Origin: Mobula hypostoma
Taxonomy: Eukaryota
Length of the DNA: 64,000 nt
Assembly (NCBI RefSeq): GCF_963921235.1
Contig: NC_086097.1
Coordinates: 207,516,001 to 207,580,000 of the forward strand
Direction: 5' to 3'
In this document: in pieces, positions 49,358 to 60,860 of the stretch
Layout of the letters: every line of letters starts with the position of its first letter
Numbering within the stretch: the stretch's first letter is position 1
The notes under the pieces: generated by a model
Databases searched by the model: none
What the model was told of the DNA's origin: nothing
What the model saw: the letters and a program-made list of their open reading frames with translations, nothing else
Program-made: the position numbers and the translations under genes

Positions 49358-50052
49358 TGTAGGCCCCCTGGCCAGCCTCAGGGTCGCTCGGCTTGCTGTC
49401 ATCTAGGGAAATAGCCCTCAGCCCCGCCAAACTGGGTAATAGTTTGTGTGGATGCTGTGTGATGTACCCCACCCCGCCCAAATAACAGACAATACACCAG
49501 ATACGATTAAATGATTTACAGTTTATAGATATTACTGGAACTATATAATTAATGGAGAATAAAATATAAAAGGAAAATAAAAGGCGCCACGCTTATCAAA
49601 GTTCAATCTCTTCGTGCACAAATAGTTGGAGCTCAGGACCCTCCTTCTTCAACCTGCGACTCCCCTCGGACCGCCTTGACCTGCCGCCTGGGGCTAACAA
49701 CAGTGGTCGACCAGACGCTCCACATGAGTCCGTCTCCGTCTCCTCTCATCGCCGAACACCCTGGACCTCGGACTCCATTAGCAGACTCACAGAACCTTGT
49801 CCATCCTCTGTCTCTCTCTCCCGCCTTCTGCCAAAAACCTGCGCATCACTATAACTTACAGACACACAGAAAGAATAACATCTATCCCAATTCATTTGTT
49901 CATCCTCTTACCTGTGACGTAATCCAAACAAACTACTAGCGGGAGGACTTTCTCAGCAGTTAACATAACAAAGAATCCATTTCAATTATAACATATCAAA
50001 GAAGCCATTTTAATTGGACTACGCAGTAACATAAAAGAAGAAACCTCTTACA
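49358..50052 (-). mobile_element. Solo LTR, 695 bp, 4-bp TSD, inserted at the Gypsy zinc knuckle
   Basis: TGTAGG...CTTACA termini and TSD CAGG at 49354-49357 and 50053-50056. Removing it restores the gag frame. Confidence 0.88.
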
Positions 50053-50861
50053 CAGGTTTAAAGACAAACCTTGCAGAAAATACAAAAAAAAAGGTGAGTA
50101 AAATACAAAGAGTGTGTTGGGCCGACAAAATAAATAAACTGCACAGAGAAGAGAGAAAAATAAAGTCAAGTTGCAGTTTCAAAAACAGCAGTATTCTGCA
50201 CGTTATTAATAGAAAACCTGAAAATGATGACAATGACATGAGACTCAGTAGCCTTAAGATTTACAATGTGAAAACTGACAAGAGACAAGCAATTTCGCTT
50301 ACACCAGAAGTGAATGGCAGATTAATTAGAGTTGAGTTGGAGACTGGCTTGGCTGTTTCAGTCAGTCAAATTCTTTGAATTTCTTGTAATTAATTAATTA
50401 ATTGATAGATACTAAACTGAAGCCTGCTGATATTCAACTAAGAACTTACAGTATACTGGTGACAAGTTAACTCCTGTGGGAATGACATTTGTAACAGTGA
50501 AGTACAACAACCAACAAGCCACATTGGGGTTGTGTGTGGTAAAAACAGCAGGGCCAGCATTGTGGGACCAATGAGTGGCTGAGATAATTGCAATGCGATT
50601 GGAGATCCATCCACCATTTCTATGCCATATCCTCTGTAACAGAGTCAACTGAAAGCGAATTAAGAAAGTTACTGGATGATGCCTCAACTCTCTCCATGCT
50701 GTACACAATGAATCACTGCCCAACAGAGAGCAAACAGGTGTTGGTGCCAACCTCTGTGACTCCAGTTAGAATGCAAATGAAACAAGGAAGGACCATGCTG
50801 CTCAGAGGAAGCGTGAAGTTATTGAAAACAGTGGTCCATCTACAACAGTTTTTGCAGATAA

Positions 50862-53248
50862 CACTGGACAACAACGATTTTGTTTCCTGAGTAATTTTGA
50901 GTATATCTTATGGATTTTGGGCTGCTGATCATGAAAATAACCATAGAATTTCCCTATCACATACCATGTTTTTGAAATTGCCTATGTTTGCTATTTCAAT
51001 TTACATTTTAAGTCAATTAAAATGTTGGCCACAATGTAAGCTGAAAGCTTTTCTATCTTGTCCAGACATGCCTGGGCATGCTTAGGCAGGGCGGATGCTG
51101 CACGACAGGGCAGGTTGTAGAAAGGCTACAAAGCATCACACACACACTGTTCTATGCATTGCGTTTACATGTATATCAGTTTGCGATCATATTGATGTGC
51201 ATGCTCTACACGCATGGCATATTGTGTGCACTCGTTATAATAAAGTAATTGTATTTTCAGGATTATTTTTGATAGCAAAATGTCTCGCCAATGTTGCAGA
51301 GCCATGATACTTTCTGCTATATTTGTGGCAAGTACATGCTTAAATCTGTTTTCAATATTTTTATTAGTTTCTGCATAGAAGAATACAGAGTACAAGAAAG
51401 TATATATAAAAGGTCAAAAAAGATTTTAAAAAATCTACCAATTACATTATATCTATTCTTTGAATTTCTCGTAATTAATAGATAGATACTAAACTGAAGC
51501 CTGCTAATGTTCAACTAAGAACTTATAGTATACTGGAGACAAGTTAACTCCTGTGGGAATGACATTTGTAACAGTGAATAGATGCTTAAATCTCAAAGGC
51601 TGAGCATTAAGAAAGCCTATCAGCTCTACTTTGGGTGTAAAATTGGTGACCTAAACAAAGCCTGGGCTCCTTACCTTTGTTCACAATATGTGCTGTTGGT
51701 CTCAGAGCTTGGCTCAGGGGTACCAGGAAGTCAATGACATTCTCTGTCCCGAAGATATGGAGAGGGCAGTTGGATGATGGGACAGACTCCTGCTTCTGCC
51801 TGACCTGTCTGGTATCTCTGCTAAAAACAAGAAATGAGTCCTGTGCTGCATGGCAATTCTGTTCCAGTGCCAAATCCACCAGAGCCATGGAGTCTAGAGG
51901 AGGGGAATAAAGATTGTCATGATGCACGAGCCAGGAATGGAAAAAGACACTGATATTGATACAGATTTTGAACCCTGTATTGTTGAGTGAGCCTCAATCT
52001 GAGTTAAATGACTTGATTTTGTCAAAGGCAAAAGCAGAATTACTGGGCTTAAGACCACAAGGATGGAATCTGCTGTCACTCGGCACAAAACTTTCTGTAA
52101 AGGATTTCAATACTTGAGGCAGATTTTTCCCAGAATCACTGATGCCATGATTAAGGAAGGTATTTTTGTTGGTCCACAAATCAAATCAAAAATGACAGGC
52201 ATTTGAAGAACTTCTAGTGGGACTAGAGAAAATCCCATGGAAAGCATTTAAGCATGTTGTTGAAAATATTCCTTGCAACAACAAAGCACCAAACTAAGTG
52301 CAGCTGGTTGAAGGATGTGGAAGCATTGGAAAGGGTACAGAGGAGATTTACCAGGATGCTGCCTGGTTTAGAAAGTATGTATTACGATCAGAGATTAAGG
52401 GAGCTAGGGCTTTGCTCTTTGGAGAGAAGGAGGATGAGAGGAGACATGATAGAGGTGTACAAGATAATAAGAGGAATAGATAGAGTGGATAGCTAGCACC
52501 TCTTCCCCAGGGCACCACTGGTCAATACAAGAGGACATGGCTTTAAGGTAAGGGGTGGGAAGTTCAAGGGGGATTTTTACTCAGAGAGTGGTTGGTGCGT
52601 GGAATGCACTGCCTGAGTCAGTGGTGGAGGCAGATACACTAGTGAAGTTTAAGAGACTACTAGACAGGTATATGGAAGAATTTAAGGTGGGGGCTTATAT
52701 GGGAGGCAGGGTTTGAGGGTCGGCACAACATTGTGGGCCGAAGGGCCTGTACTGTGTTGAACTATTCTATGTTCTATGTTCTATGACAACATGCTTCAAT
52801 CATACAACTCCCTGATGTGCAACATGTCACTAAAGATTCATTTTCTGCATTCCCATTTAGATTCTTCCCTGCAATTCTTGGCGCTGTCAGTGACAAGCAT
52901 GGTAAAAGTTTCACCAGGGTATTGTGGTTCCACCAGAAGAAACAGTGTCATGGCAGCTGGGATCCATCATTGTTGGCTGATTATTGTTGGACACAAAGTA
53001 CAAATGAAAACTATCACCAAGATGTTTTTAGCTTATTTGAACTTTGTTATGCAATGAAATGCATTACATTCAGCACCGTTATGCAATGAAATGCATTATA
53101 TTCAATAAAAGTTAATTTCTTGTTTCTCCAAATTCTGAAGTGATACAAGTAGACTGAAGTTATAGTTGTGTTCAGCATCAAGTGGAATATGATAACAACA
53201 AATATCTCTGAGGAAGCAATATTTTTGAAAAAAAATTGCTGTCTAATG
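50862..53248 (+). mobile_element. Chapaev3-like (CMC) DNA transposon, TIR to TIR, decayed transposase
   Basis: Termini CACTGGACAACAA / TTGCTGTCTAATG and TSD TAA at 50859-50861 and 53249-53251. Motifs FCYICG, AYQLYFGCKIGD, VPKIWR, LSKAKAELLG, IKEGIFVGPQI and MSLKIHFLHSHLD..GAVSDKHG. Confidence 0.85.
52311..52785 (+). mobile_element. 5'-truncated CR1 inserted in the Chapaev-like transposase
   Basis: KDVEALERVQRRFTRMLPG with a (TTCTATG)n tail. Near-identical to 1066-1438. The transposase resumes as DNMLQSY. Confidence 0.93.
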
Positions 53249-53611
53249 TAACATATCTGAGAGAGCCTACAATATGTTAATCAGGCAGTTATTTGCAAAA
53301 TGTGACTTGCTTTTAAGCTGGAAGAGAGTTCAAGGAGCTTCAGGAAAGTTATAAGAATTTTTTTTAAACAATACAGTTTTTAGAAAGTGGCAGAAGGAGC
53401 AATCAAAAAAAGGAGACTGAATCATTGTTAAAATATGAAGCATGTTAAGGTTGAATACCTGATCCTGATGTTGAGCATAACTGAACAATTTGAAATTTGG
53501 CCTGGGCTCTCACTGAAATATTCTGGTTGAATTAATCCATGAGAAGCTTGCTTTCCTTCAAGGCCGAATGCTGAACTGCTTACCTCATGGCGGTGACCAT
53601 CAAAGGTTGAA

Positions 53612-54372
53612 GGTCAAAGGTTCATTTTATTTTCAAAGTATGTCGGCAGAATACAACTCTGAAATTTGTCTTCTCCAGATAACCATTGAAGACAGAAAAC
53701 TGTATAAGTAGTTGAAAGAAAGACATGAATACCCCTCCGCATGAAAAGAAAAAGAAACAAAAATTTGCAAATCCCAAATGCCCCCAAACCTTCACTCACC
53801 CAAAGCTAACAGATCAACCAAACTCCCAGCCCAATAATCTGCAACAAGAAAGAATGGGCGAGAACATAAAAACCATAGAAGTGAAAGAGACCAATATGAA
53901 CTACAGTTAGTTAGTACTACAGTCCAATTCATAAATCTCAGAATTTCGATAATATTTCTGAGAGCATTGGGACACGGCGACTCCAACCACCAGCCCCTCC
54001 GAGGAAAGCAACATGAACCAGCAACCCCTCCAAAGGCAGAAACTCAAACTAGCAGTCCTTCCAAGGGCAGTGACTCAAATCAGCAGCCTCACCGAGGAAA
54101 GCGGCACAAACTGACGGCCTCTCCAAGGAAAGCGACATGAAACAACGGCCTCTCCGAGAACCACTCACTCTCCTTCCTGGAGTTTTCTCAGGGACAGTAG
54201 AGCACTAACTTACTCAATCAAACAACAAACTGTAAGTTACAGGCTCCAACAGTTTCAAAAACAAAATTAAGATAAAAAGAATAAGTAGAAGATGTAGAAA
54301 AGCTGAAATGATTGACTATCTAAAAGATGTTGTCCAAGGAATCATTGTTCACTGGTGTCAGCTTGACCAGAA
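53612..54372 (-). mobile_element. Older non-coding non-LTR derivative with internal 31-bp minisatellite
   Basis: The minus strand starts TCTGGTCAAGCTGACACC (possibly decayed CAAGATGGCGCC) and ends GAAAATAAAATGAACCTTTGA. Confidence 0.45.
53991..54158. repeat. 31-bp degenerate minisatellite, ~5.4 copies
   Basis: Units at 53991, 54022, 54053, 54084, 54115 and 54146, e.g. CAGCCCCTCCGAGGAAAGCAACATGAACCAG. Confidence 0.85.
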
Positions 54373-54898
54373 AAAAGTTTTCTTAAAGTAAGGGCTGAAA
54401 GTAAGGACTGAAAGGGAGACTGGAATAGGGACGGAATGCAGAAGATTTTTTCAGACTGTGATATGAAAAGTTTGTAATGTCATTCCTGGCTACACAATAA
54501 AATTTTTAAAAAGGAATTAACTTAATTAACTTATTATTTAGCTTTCAGCCACAAGACTGCTGAAGAATGCTGTCTTGAGGAAAGCTGGTGCCTGGACTAT
54601 TTATTAGAGACTAATTTTTAGGATAATTTATTCAACAGCCTCTTAAGTCCCATACTTGTGGGCCTAATTTCTCAATAAACCCCTGTAGAAAATGATGTCA
54701 TGAATTTAACTCAGGACCAAAACATTAAAAAGGAATTAAAAGCGCTTGGGTGTTTATGACTGTGGGCACCAAATAATGTAATCACTTAGTCTGACTGACT
54801 GATGTTGACATAACCCCATGAAAGTCTCAGAAGTTGTGCTCATATACTATCCCAACCAGCTTCCGCTTCAGGTCTCTGTTCTGCGTCTCCCTGAGTGA

Positions 54899-54917
54899 GT
54901 CTCTCTCTCTCTCTCTT

Positions 54918-54989
<72 letters not shown>

Positions 54990-55021
54990 CACACATACAC
55001 ACACACATATATGTGTGTGTG

Positions 55022-55066
<45 letters not shown>
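54899..55066. repeat. Compound microsatellite (CT)n(AT)n(AC)n-(GT)n(AT)n(AG)n
   Basis: Direct reading; the block order is self-complementary. Confidence 0.95.
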
Positions 55067-55070
<4 letters not shown>

Positions 55071-56857
55071 ACATTGCTACAGATGTTAAAAGTCCAAAAT
55101 AATGTCAGACCATCAATAGGTATGTATGTAGCATGAACACTTTATTGGCATCCTGTGATAAAGAGAGGAGAAAAAAACGATGCCTTAATACATTATCTGT
55201 GAAGAACAATGGAAGCCTATGTAGCATGAAAATAAGTTTGGAAAGAGAATTAACAAAGTGCATGCACCTACACAAGTAAGAGATGCTTTCCTCTCTGAAC
55301 AGGTTTTAATTCCTAAGCAGTTACATTTTTCTTTAAGGTTACTGTTTAACCCAGAGTGGCAGTAGAAGCATTTTCCGTGTGAAGAAAAGTTGTCTATCTC
55401 ATACAATTATGAGGGAGTGCTGCTGTCTCTTTAATGAAATTCGAAGTTGACATCTCATCTAATCCACAAGGCATTTGTGAAAGATCCCATCATACTATTC
55501 ATAGAAAAAGAGAAAAGTTCTCAAGATCTTGGTTAATATCACTAAACCTGTCAATCTTATTCTGTACTTTGATCTGAAAAATCTCTGAAATCTCTCTCAC
55601 CACTGTAAAAGGCTAGGTTGACCCGTGATAAGGCGTTATCAGATAGTGACACCTCTCCTTGGGTTTGGCAGATTGGATTTTATTCTTTCTTTTGAAAGTT
55701 AATTTAAAAAGTAGCCATCTACCAAATGCGGGTATTTCCTGGCGTTGAAAAGAATAGAGCTAAAGAGTATTATCACAAAAGAAGGAGATGTCTATTTTAG
55801 ACTACAAGGAGAATTTTTGTTACTTGTTTGGAGTTTTCTACCACAGGGAGCTGTCACTGAAATGAATACTTGGAGTCCAAAGAGAAGCTTAGTAATTGCA
55901 AGGTGCATGAGTGTGGGAAAATCAGGTAAGGTCACCGTGAGGTCTAGCAGACCTGTCTTAAGAAGACGTAGGGGTGAAGATTCTAGTATGGATGCATTCC
56001 AGTGGAAAAATTAGCTATCATATGTTAATTGCTGGCAGATCAGCAGTTCGTGTATCAGGTTAGTAGGCTGGTATTTCCAGTAAAGGCCCGGGCAAGGGTT
56101 TGGGATTGTGACAGACCCAAGGAAGCATGGTGTGAATGTTATTTATATTATTTTAAGGAAAGAATCTTAGGCAGATGACAGCCAGTCTCATATATTAATT
56201 TCTGATTCATTTTCCAAATAAACTGAATCACGCAGCACATAAAAATCTGATGTTAAATCAACCAACTTTGAAGCAACCTTGACTGAAGGCCACAATTTTC
56301 ACTCACATTGTTTCTGCAAAAGGTAACTGCATCAAATCTTCTCAGACACAGAAGAAAAGACAAATCTGTTTCTAGTTCATCTAGCTCATATGCAGTGAGA
56401 TTGTGACTAATTGTGAGCACTCTTTCTGTCAGGCATATGCTCCACAGGATCTGTGATTTCCTGCAGCTGTGGAGTCATGAAGCTGGCTGCATAGCCAATT
56501 AGATTAACGCGACCATGAAAAAAATTATTATTGTTGCTTGGCTTAAAAAGCAACATTCTCTCAGTTTTTAAATATAGTAAAAATAGATGCTGCTAGAACA
56601 GAAGTCTTCATCTGCTTTTCTCCAAGTTTAAGGAGCAGCAGAATGGGTTATGCTTCAGCTAAATCCTCACTTCTGGTGCTATCCATGCAGAGATTGCACT
56701 CTCTCTCTATGACTGTGAGCGTTTTCTCTAGTTTCTTCAACACCCTAAAGGTGAGCAGGTTGGTAGCTTAATTGGCCACTCTAAACTGCTCCTTTTCTTG
56801 CAAGCACTGGAATCTGGAAAGAATGGATGGGAATGTCTGGTGAATAAAGTGGGATTA

Positions 56858-57205
56858 AAGTTCAAAAGTTCAAAGTAAATTTTATCATCAAAGTACACAT
56901 ATGCAATATTCATTTTCTTGCAGGCATACTCATAAATCCATGATAGAATAATAACCATAATAGAATCAATGAAAGACTGCACCCACTTGGGCATTCAACC
57001 AGTGTGCAAAAAAAACAACAAACTGTGCAAATACAAAATGAGAGAAATTATAATAATAAATAAATAATCAATCAATATAGAGAACATGAGATGAAGAGAA
57101 GGTCCATAGGTTATGGGAACAATTCAATGATGGGTCACACAAAGTTATGGTTCAAGAGCCTGATGATTGATGGGTAATAACTGTTCCTGAACCTGGTGGT
57201 GAGAC
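56858..57205 (-). mobile_element. Rex1/Babar 3' end fragment
   Basis: LTTRFRNSYYPSIIRLLN with a TTTGAAC-type tail. Confidence 0.75.
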
Positions 57206-58096
57206 TTGAGATTAGTTTAAAAGGGTGCTTAATGGATGATATGAACTTAGTTGGTGAAGTGCTTATTCCTGCACTGTATGACTTTATATCCATGACTATG
57301 TTCAAAAATGACATCTGACTAACACATGTAGGCATTTCTATGGATTGCAAAATAAAAATATATAATGTAAACTGCTCAACAAAATGTAAATCACATCATA
57401 TTCTAGGAAGAGTACATCATTTAGCTCCTGAAATGCAGAGTGAATATCACCACCTGCTAAAAAGCTGCATTATTTACACTTTGCTTGTAATTATGATGAC
57501 ATCATCTAATTGAAGTAAAGTTTACTCCTGGTGATATGTAGCAGAGTCTTGATAATCCTTAATATCCATTAATATCCTTATTAATCCTGTAGCCAATTAA
57601 AATAATAAAGTATAAGGCTTTACTCTCACAATAGCAGGCTTACAGAAATGAAGCTGAGGAGGACTGTACTCACGTAAATATTCCTTTTGTCTTTTCAAGC
57701 CTTCACCTTCTCCAATGCTGATTCTCTGCATGATGTCATCACAACCACAGGAAACAATGCAAGGGGCACTACAAAATAGACTGCAAATTCATGCAAGCCA
57801 GTAATTTAAACAGAGTCAGTGAGCTGTTGCTGCAGCTCCTGTACTCTGTTCACTTAATTGCCTGTGACGATATTATCCATTGCTGACTCAATAGTTCAAC
57901 GACTGTGATAGTTCACACTTGCTGCCTTGGAGTTGGAAATCCTCGGCAGGGTAACAAAAGAATGTCTTTTAACCAGACTGTTGAGTGGCGTCCTTCCAAG
58001 CAATGGTGCTCAGTGCAAACAGAAAAGTGTTATATGTACCTAAAACATTATCCAAACTTCTGACCCTTCCCCTTTCTCTACAACTGTTTATTTCAA

Positions 58097-58405
58097 AACA
58101 TGAGAAGATCTGCAGATGCTGGAAATCCAAAGTAACACTCACAAAATGCTGGAGGAACTCAGTAGGCCAGGCAGCATCTATGGAAACAGTAAACAGTCAA
58201 CGTTTTGGGTCAAGACCCTTTGAGATGAAAATGGCTTGGAAGCCTATGTTGTGGTGGATTTCCACAAAGCGACCAAGTAAACTCACAGCATTTGTGTGTG
58301 TTGTTTATTTCTATCATCTTCTGATGAAGATCTTTCAACCTAAAACATTGCCTCTTGCTCAAAAGATAGTGCCTACCTTGCAGAGTTATTCCAGCATTTG
58401 TTTGT
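58097..58405. mobile_element. Decayed short Penelope-derived elements
   Basis: TGCTGGAGGAACTCAGTAGGCCAGGCAGCATCTATGG matches 23180-23250. There is a decayed CTGATGA...AAAC at ~58321. Confidence 0.7.
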
Positions 58406-58764
58406 GCACCATGAATAATGCAAAGTGATTGTTCAACATTTACAAATGTATTCCCTCCCTGCCCTCCATTACTGCAGAAATAGATTGATCTGAATATTTC
58501 TCTTCCTCTTTTACGTAGACTAGTCAGTAGAATGACTACATGACATAATCAGATGTTAACCATTACCTGATATTAGCTGGCGAGTATCAGTAACTTGAAA
58601 TCAGAAGATTGGTCCCGATGTGATGCAGCTGTCAAGTGATGTCCAAGGGAACAAGAATTGAAATCCAATTGCTGTTTCTGTGTTGAAGGGGCTGGGCCAA
58701 CATGTGTTGATATGATATATTGTTAGCAATATATCCATTCTACCTGCTGGCTTGAAGAGGTACT

Positions 58765-59130
58765 CCATCAAAAAGGAATTTGACTCCATCATCAGTCAAC
58801 TGACAATGACCATACAGGATACAGTATATCATGCAGATAGATATCTTGGTGCCTTTGTACTATAGCATACACCTGGATTTTAGCCACATTCACTTGTGAC
58901 CATTGATTCCAAGTGCCTATTATTGCAATTTTTATACTGAAGCTACCACACCAGGGTATTGGTATGCTGAAACAACATATCCACTTTATAAATCACCCTG
59001 AAGATACTCTGCCAATCTTGATGGAACATGTGCCCATTGAGACAGTCTATGGCAAGATATACAGCCATGATCAGAAGGGGATAGTAAGAGGAGGGGAATA
59101 AGGAGGAGGATTTAGAGGAAGACATGATGC
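58765..59130 (+). pseudogene. Possible ancient PIF/Harbinger transposase fossil
   Basis: KKEFDSIISQL..DH..IMQ and QGIGMLKQ, followed by an acidic purine-rich tract, occur in the same order as Harbinger RKGFHSINVQL.CDH and IGMLKQRF. Confidence 0.35.
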
Positions 59131-59381
59131 AGCTTGTATAGTCCTTTCCTTGCCTGGCTGTTTGTGAGAAACATATTTAGCTACAAAACCAGTAGAACCA
59201 ACATAAATCCCCATTCACTATCGCACTCACATATTGCCATCTCCGCAACTGATCTTCAGAGAGTTTACTCGGCCACATTGTGGAAATCTGCCACAACGTA
59301 GACCTCCAAGCCATATTTATAACTCAAAACATGTTATATTGGGTGAAAACATCAACTAAGGAAAAGCTTTTAAGGAAAAGC

Positions 59382-59437
59382 ACCAGCAACTTCGATGTGT
59401 GTTGCTTGAATTTCCAGCATCTGCAGAATTCCTGTTG
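59382..59437 (+). mobile_element. 56-bp Penelope-derived terminal fragment with 12-bp TSD
   Basis: 54/56 identical to the reverse complement of 4130-4185. TTAAGGAAAAGC at 59370-59381 and 59438-59449. Confidence 0.85.
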
Positions 59438-59829
59438 TTAAGGAAAAGCTCGTTCGACCCTGAGTTTTGTACAGCCTTCCCTGTCTTACTGCAGGACAGT
59501 GGCTGTACCCTGACTGGTGGACAGCTGCTGACTTTCAGTCAAGTAGACGTCGTTTAGCCTCAGGGAAGAATCCTGAGCAGCTCTGGGCCCGTTGCATACG
59601 CTTGGAAAAGGTACCAAGGGGTAAAAACAAAATGATTGAGAGGTGCAGAAGAGCGGTGACTCACACACTCAGTCATCCTGAGGGCCAATAACACAGTTAT
59701 GTTCCTTGGATCCATTGATGCTCTCCAGTAGCAGTGACCCCTATGATATGGAAAGAAACCATTTGCCTCCTTCAGAACAAGCCCGTAAATTCCATTCTCC
59801 CTAGTCATTCTCTTTCTCATCCCAATCCA

Positions 59830-60020
59830 TTTCCCTTTGATCCTCCTATCATAGGGGAAGCTTAGAGTGGCTGATCAACCATCTGGCATGTGGGAAGAAA
59901 CCAAAACATCTAGATGCATTCTGTGTGATCTCGATGAGATCGTGCAAACTGCACACGCATAGCACCTGAGACCGAATCGAACTCAATCATTAGAGCTGTT
60001 GTGGCTGCAGCACTGCTGTG
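59830..60020 (-). mobile_element. Highly degenerate V-SINE
   Basis: TGTGGGAAGAAACC...GTGCAAACTGCACAC...GAATCGAACTC (V-domain and B-box complements). Confidence 0.5.
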
Positions 60021-60144
60021 TAATTCCAAAGAGGCTGAAGCACTGCCCAACTGACACTACATCATGATTGAGGGCAAAGTGTGAAAATTGATCTGGCTGC
60101 TACTTCCACACTGCAAGATCGGGCTTCACATATTCTGCAAATAT

Positions 60145-60860
60145 AGTAATAATAACTTTATTTACTTCATACAGATGATGCAATTCAAAGTGCTTTACGA
60201 TGGGATAAAAGTACAAGCACGAAAATAAAATGAAAATAAAAATCAAAAAGGTATTAATTAAAAGCAAGGTTAAATAAATAGGTTTTGAGCTGGCATTTAA
60301 AAGTGTCAACTGAGCCTGCATCCCTTATAGTTTTAGGTATTGAGCTCCACAGTTTAAGAGTGTAGTTCTAATAAGCCCAGGTGCTAATTATCTTTCAAGG
60401 GAGATTGTTTAGATTTAAAAGACCAGATGAAGAAGATCTGAGAGCTCCAGCAGGGTTATGAAACAAAAATGACTCTGTGATGTACTCTGGTCCCAGACTA
60501 TTAAGAGCTTTAAAAGTAAGTAAGAGAACTTTAAAATCAATTCTAAAGGATACAGGAAGCCAATGCAAAGTAGCTAGTATGGAAGTGTCACATTCCCTCA
60601 TCGTGGTTTTGGTTAAAGGTCTAGCAGTGGTCCGATTGAGTTGAAGTTCGTCAATAGGTTGCCTTGGAAGGCCAATCAAAAGTGCAGTGCAGTAATCTAG
60701 TCTATTCGATATAAAGGTGTGAATTAGTTTTTCATTATCATTACTGAAAGTGACATGTGTTTGCAATATTTCTTTAGTGTAGAAATGCTGCACTGGGTCT
60801 GGTCACTTTCTTTGGGATTTCTGTGGGATTTAAAATTGAGAATAACACCTACATCTGAGT
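60145..60860 (-). mobile_element. L2-clade LINE 3' portion
   Basis: LIHTFISNRLDYC...LATLHWLPVSFRIDFKVLLLTFKAL...ALRSS. The 3' end reads GTAAAGCACTTTG...TGTATGAAGTAAATAAAGTTATTATT. Confidence 0.9.

Larger units (their letters stand above)
47665..50858 (+). mobile_element. Gypsy (Mag-like) LTR retrotransposon remnant: 5' LTR, PBS, gag, protease
   Basis: The LTR ends ...GTAACA at 47851, followed by a PBS. Gag reads KAYSLLRNLTAPNKP...IAEHFRFHK, with knuckle CYRCDRGSHTPNHC|RFKDKPC. A protease-like ELETGLAVSV follows. Confidence 0.85.

Noticed and set aside
53991..54158. 31-bp periodic array as CRISPR
   Set aside because: The units are head-to-tail with no unique spacers, there are no cas genes, and the context is eukaryotic.
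54834..55040. 68-aa ORF with SL/YI/TH runs
   Set aside because: Translation of the microsatellite.
59467..59691. Possible exon GQWLYPDWWTAADFQSS...
   Set aside because: No recognisable homology and a weak donor; compatible with chance in unique non-coding DNA.
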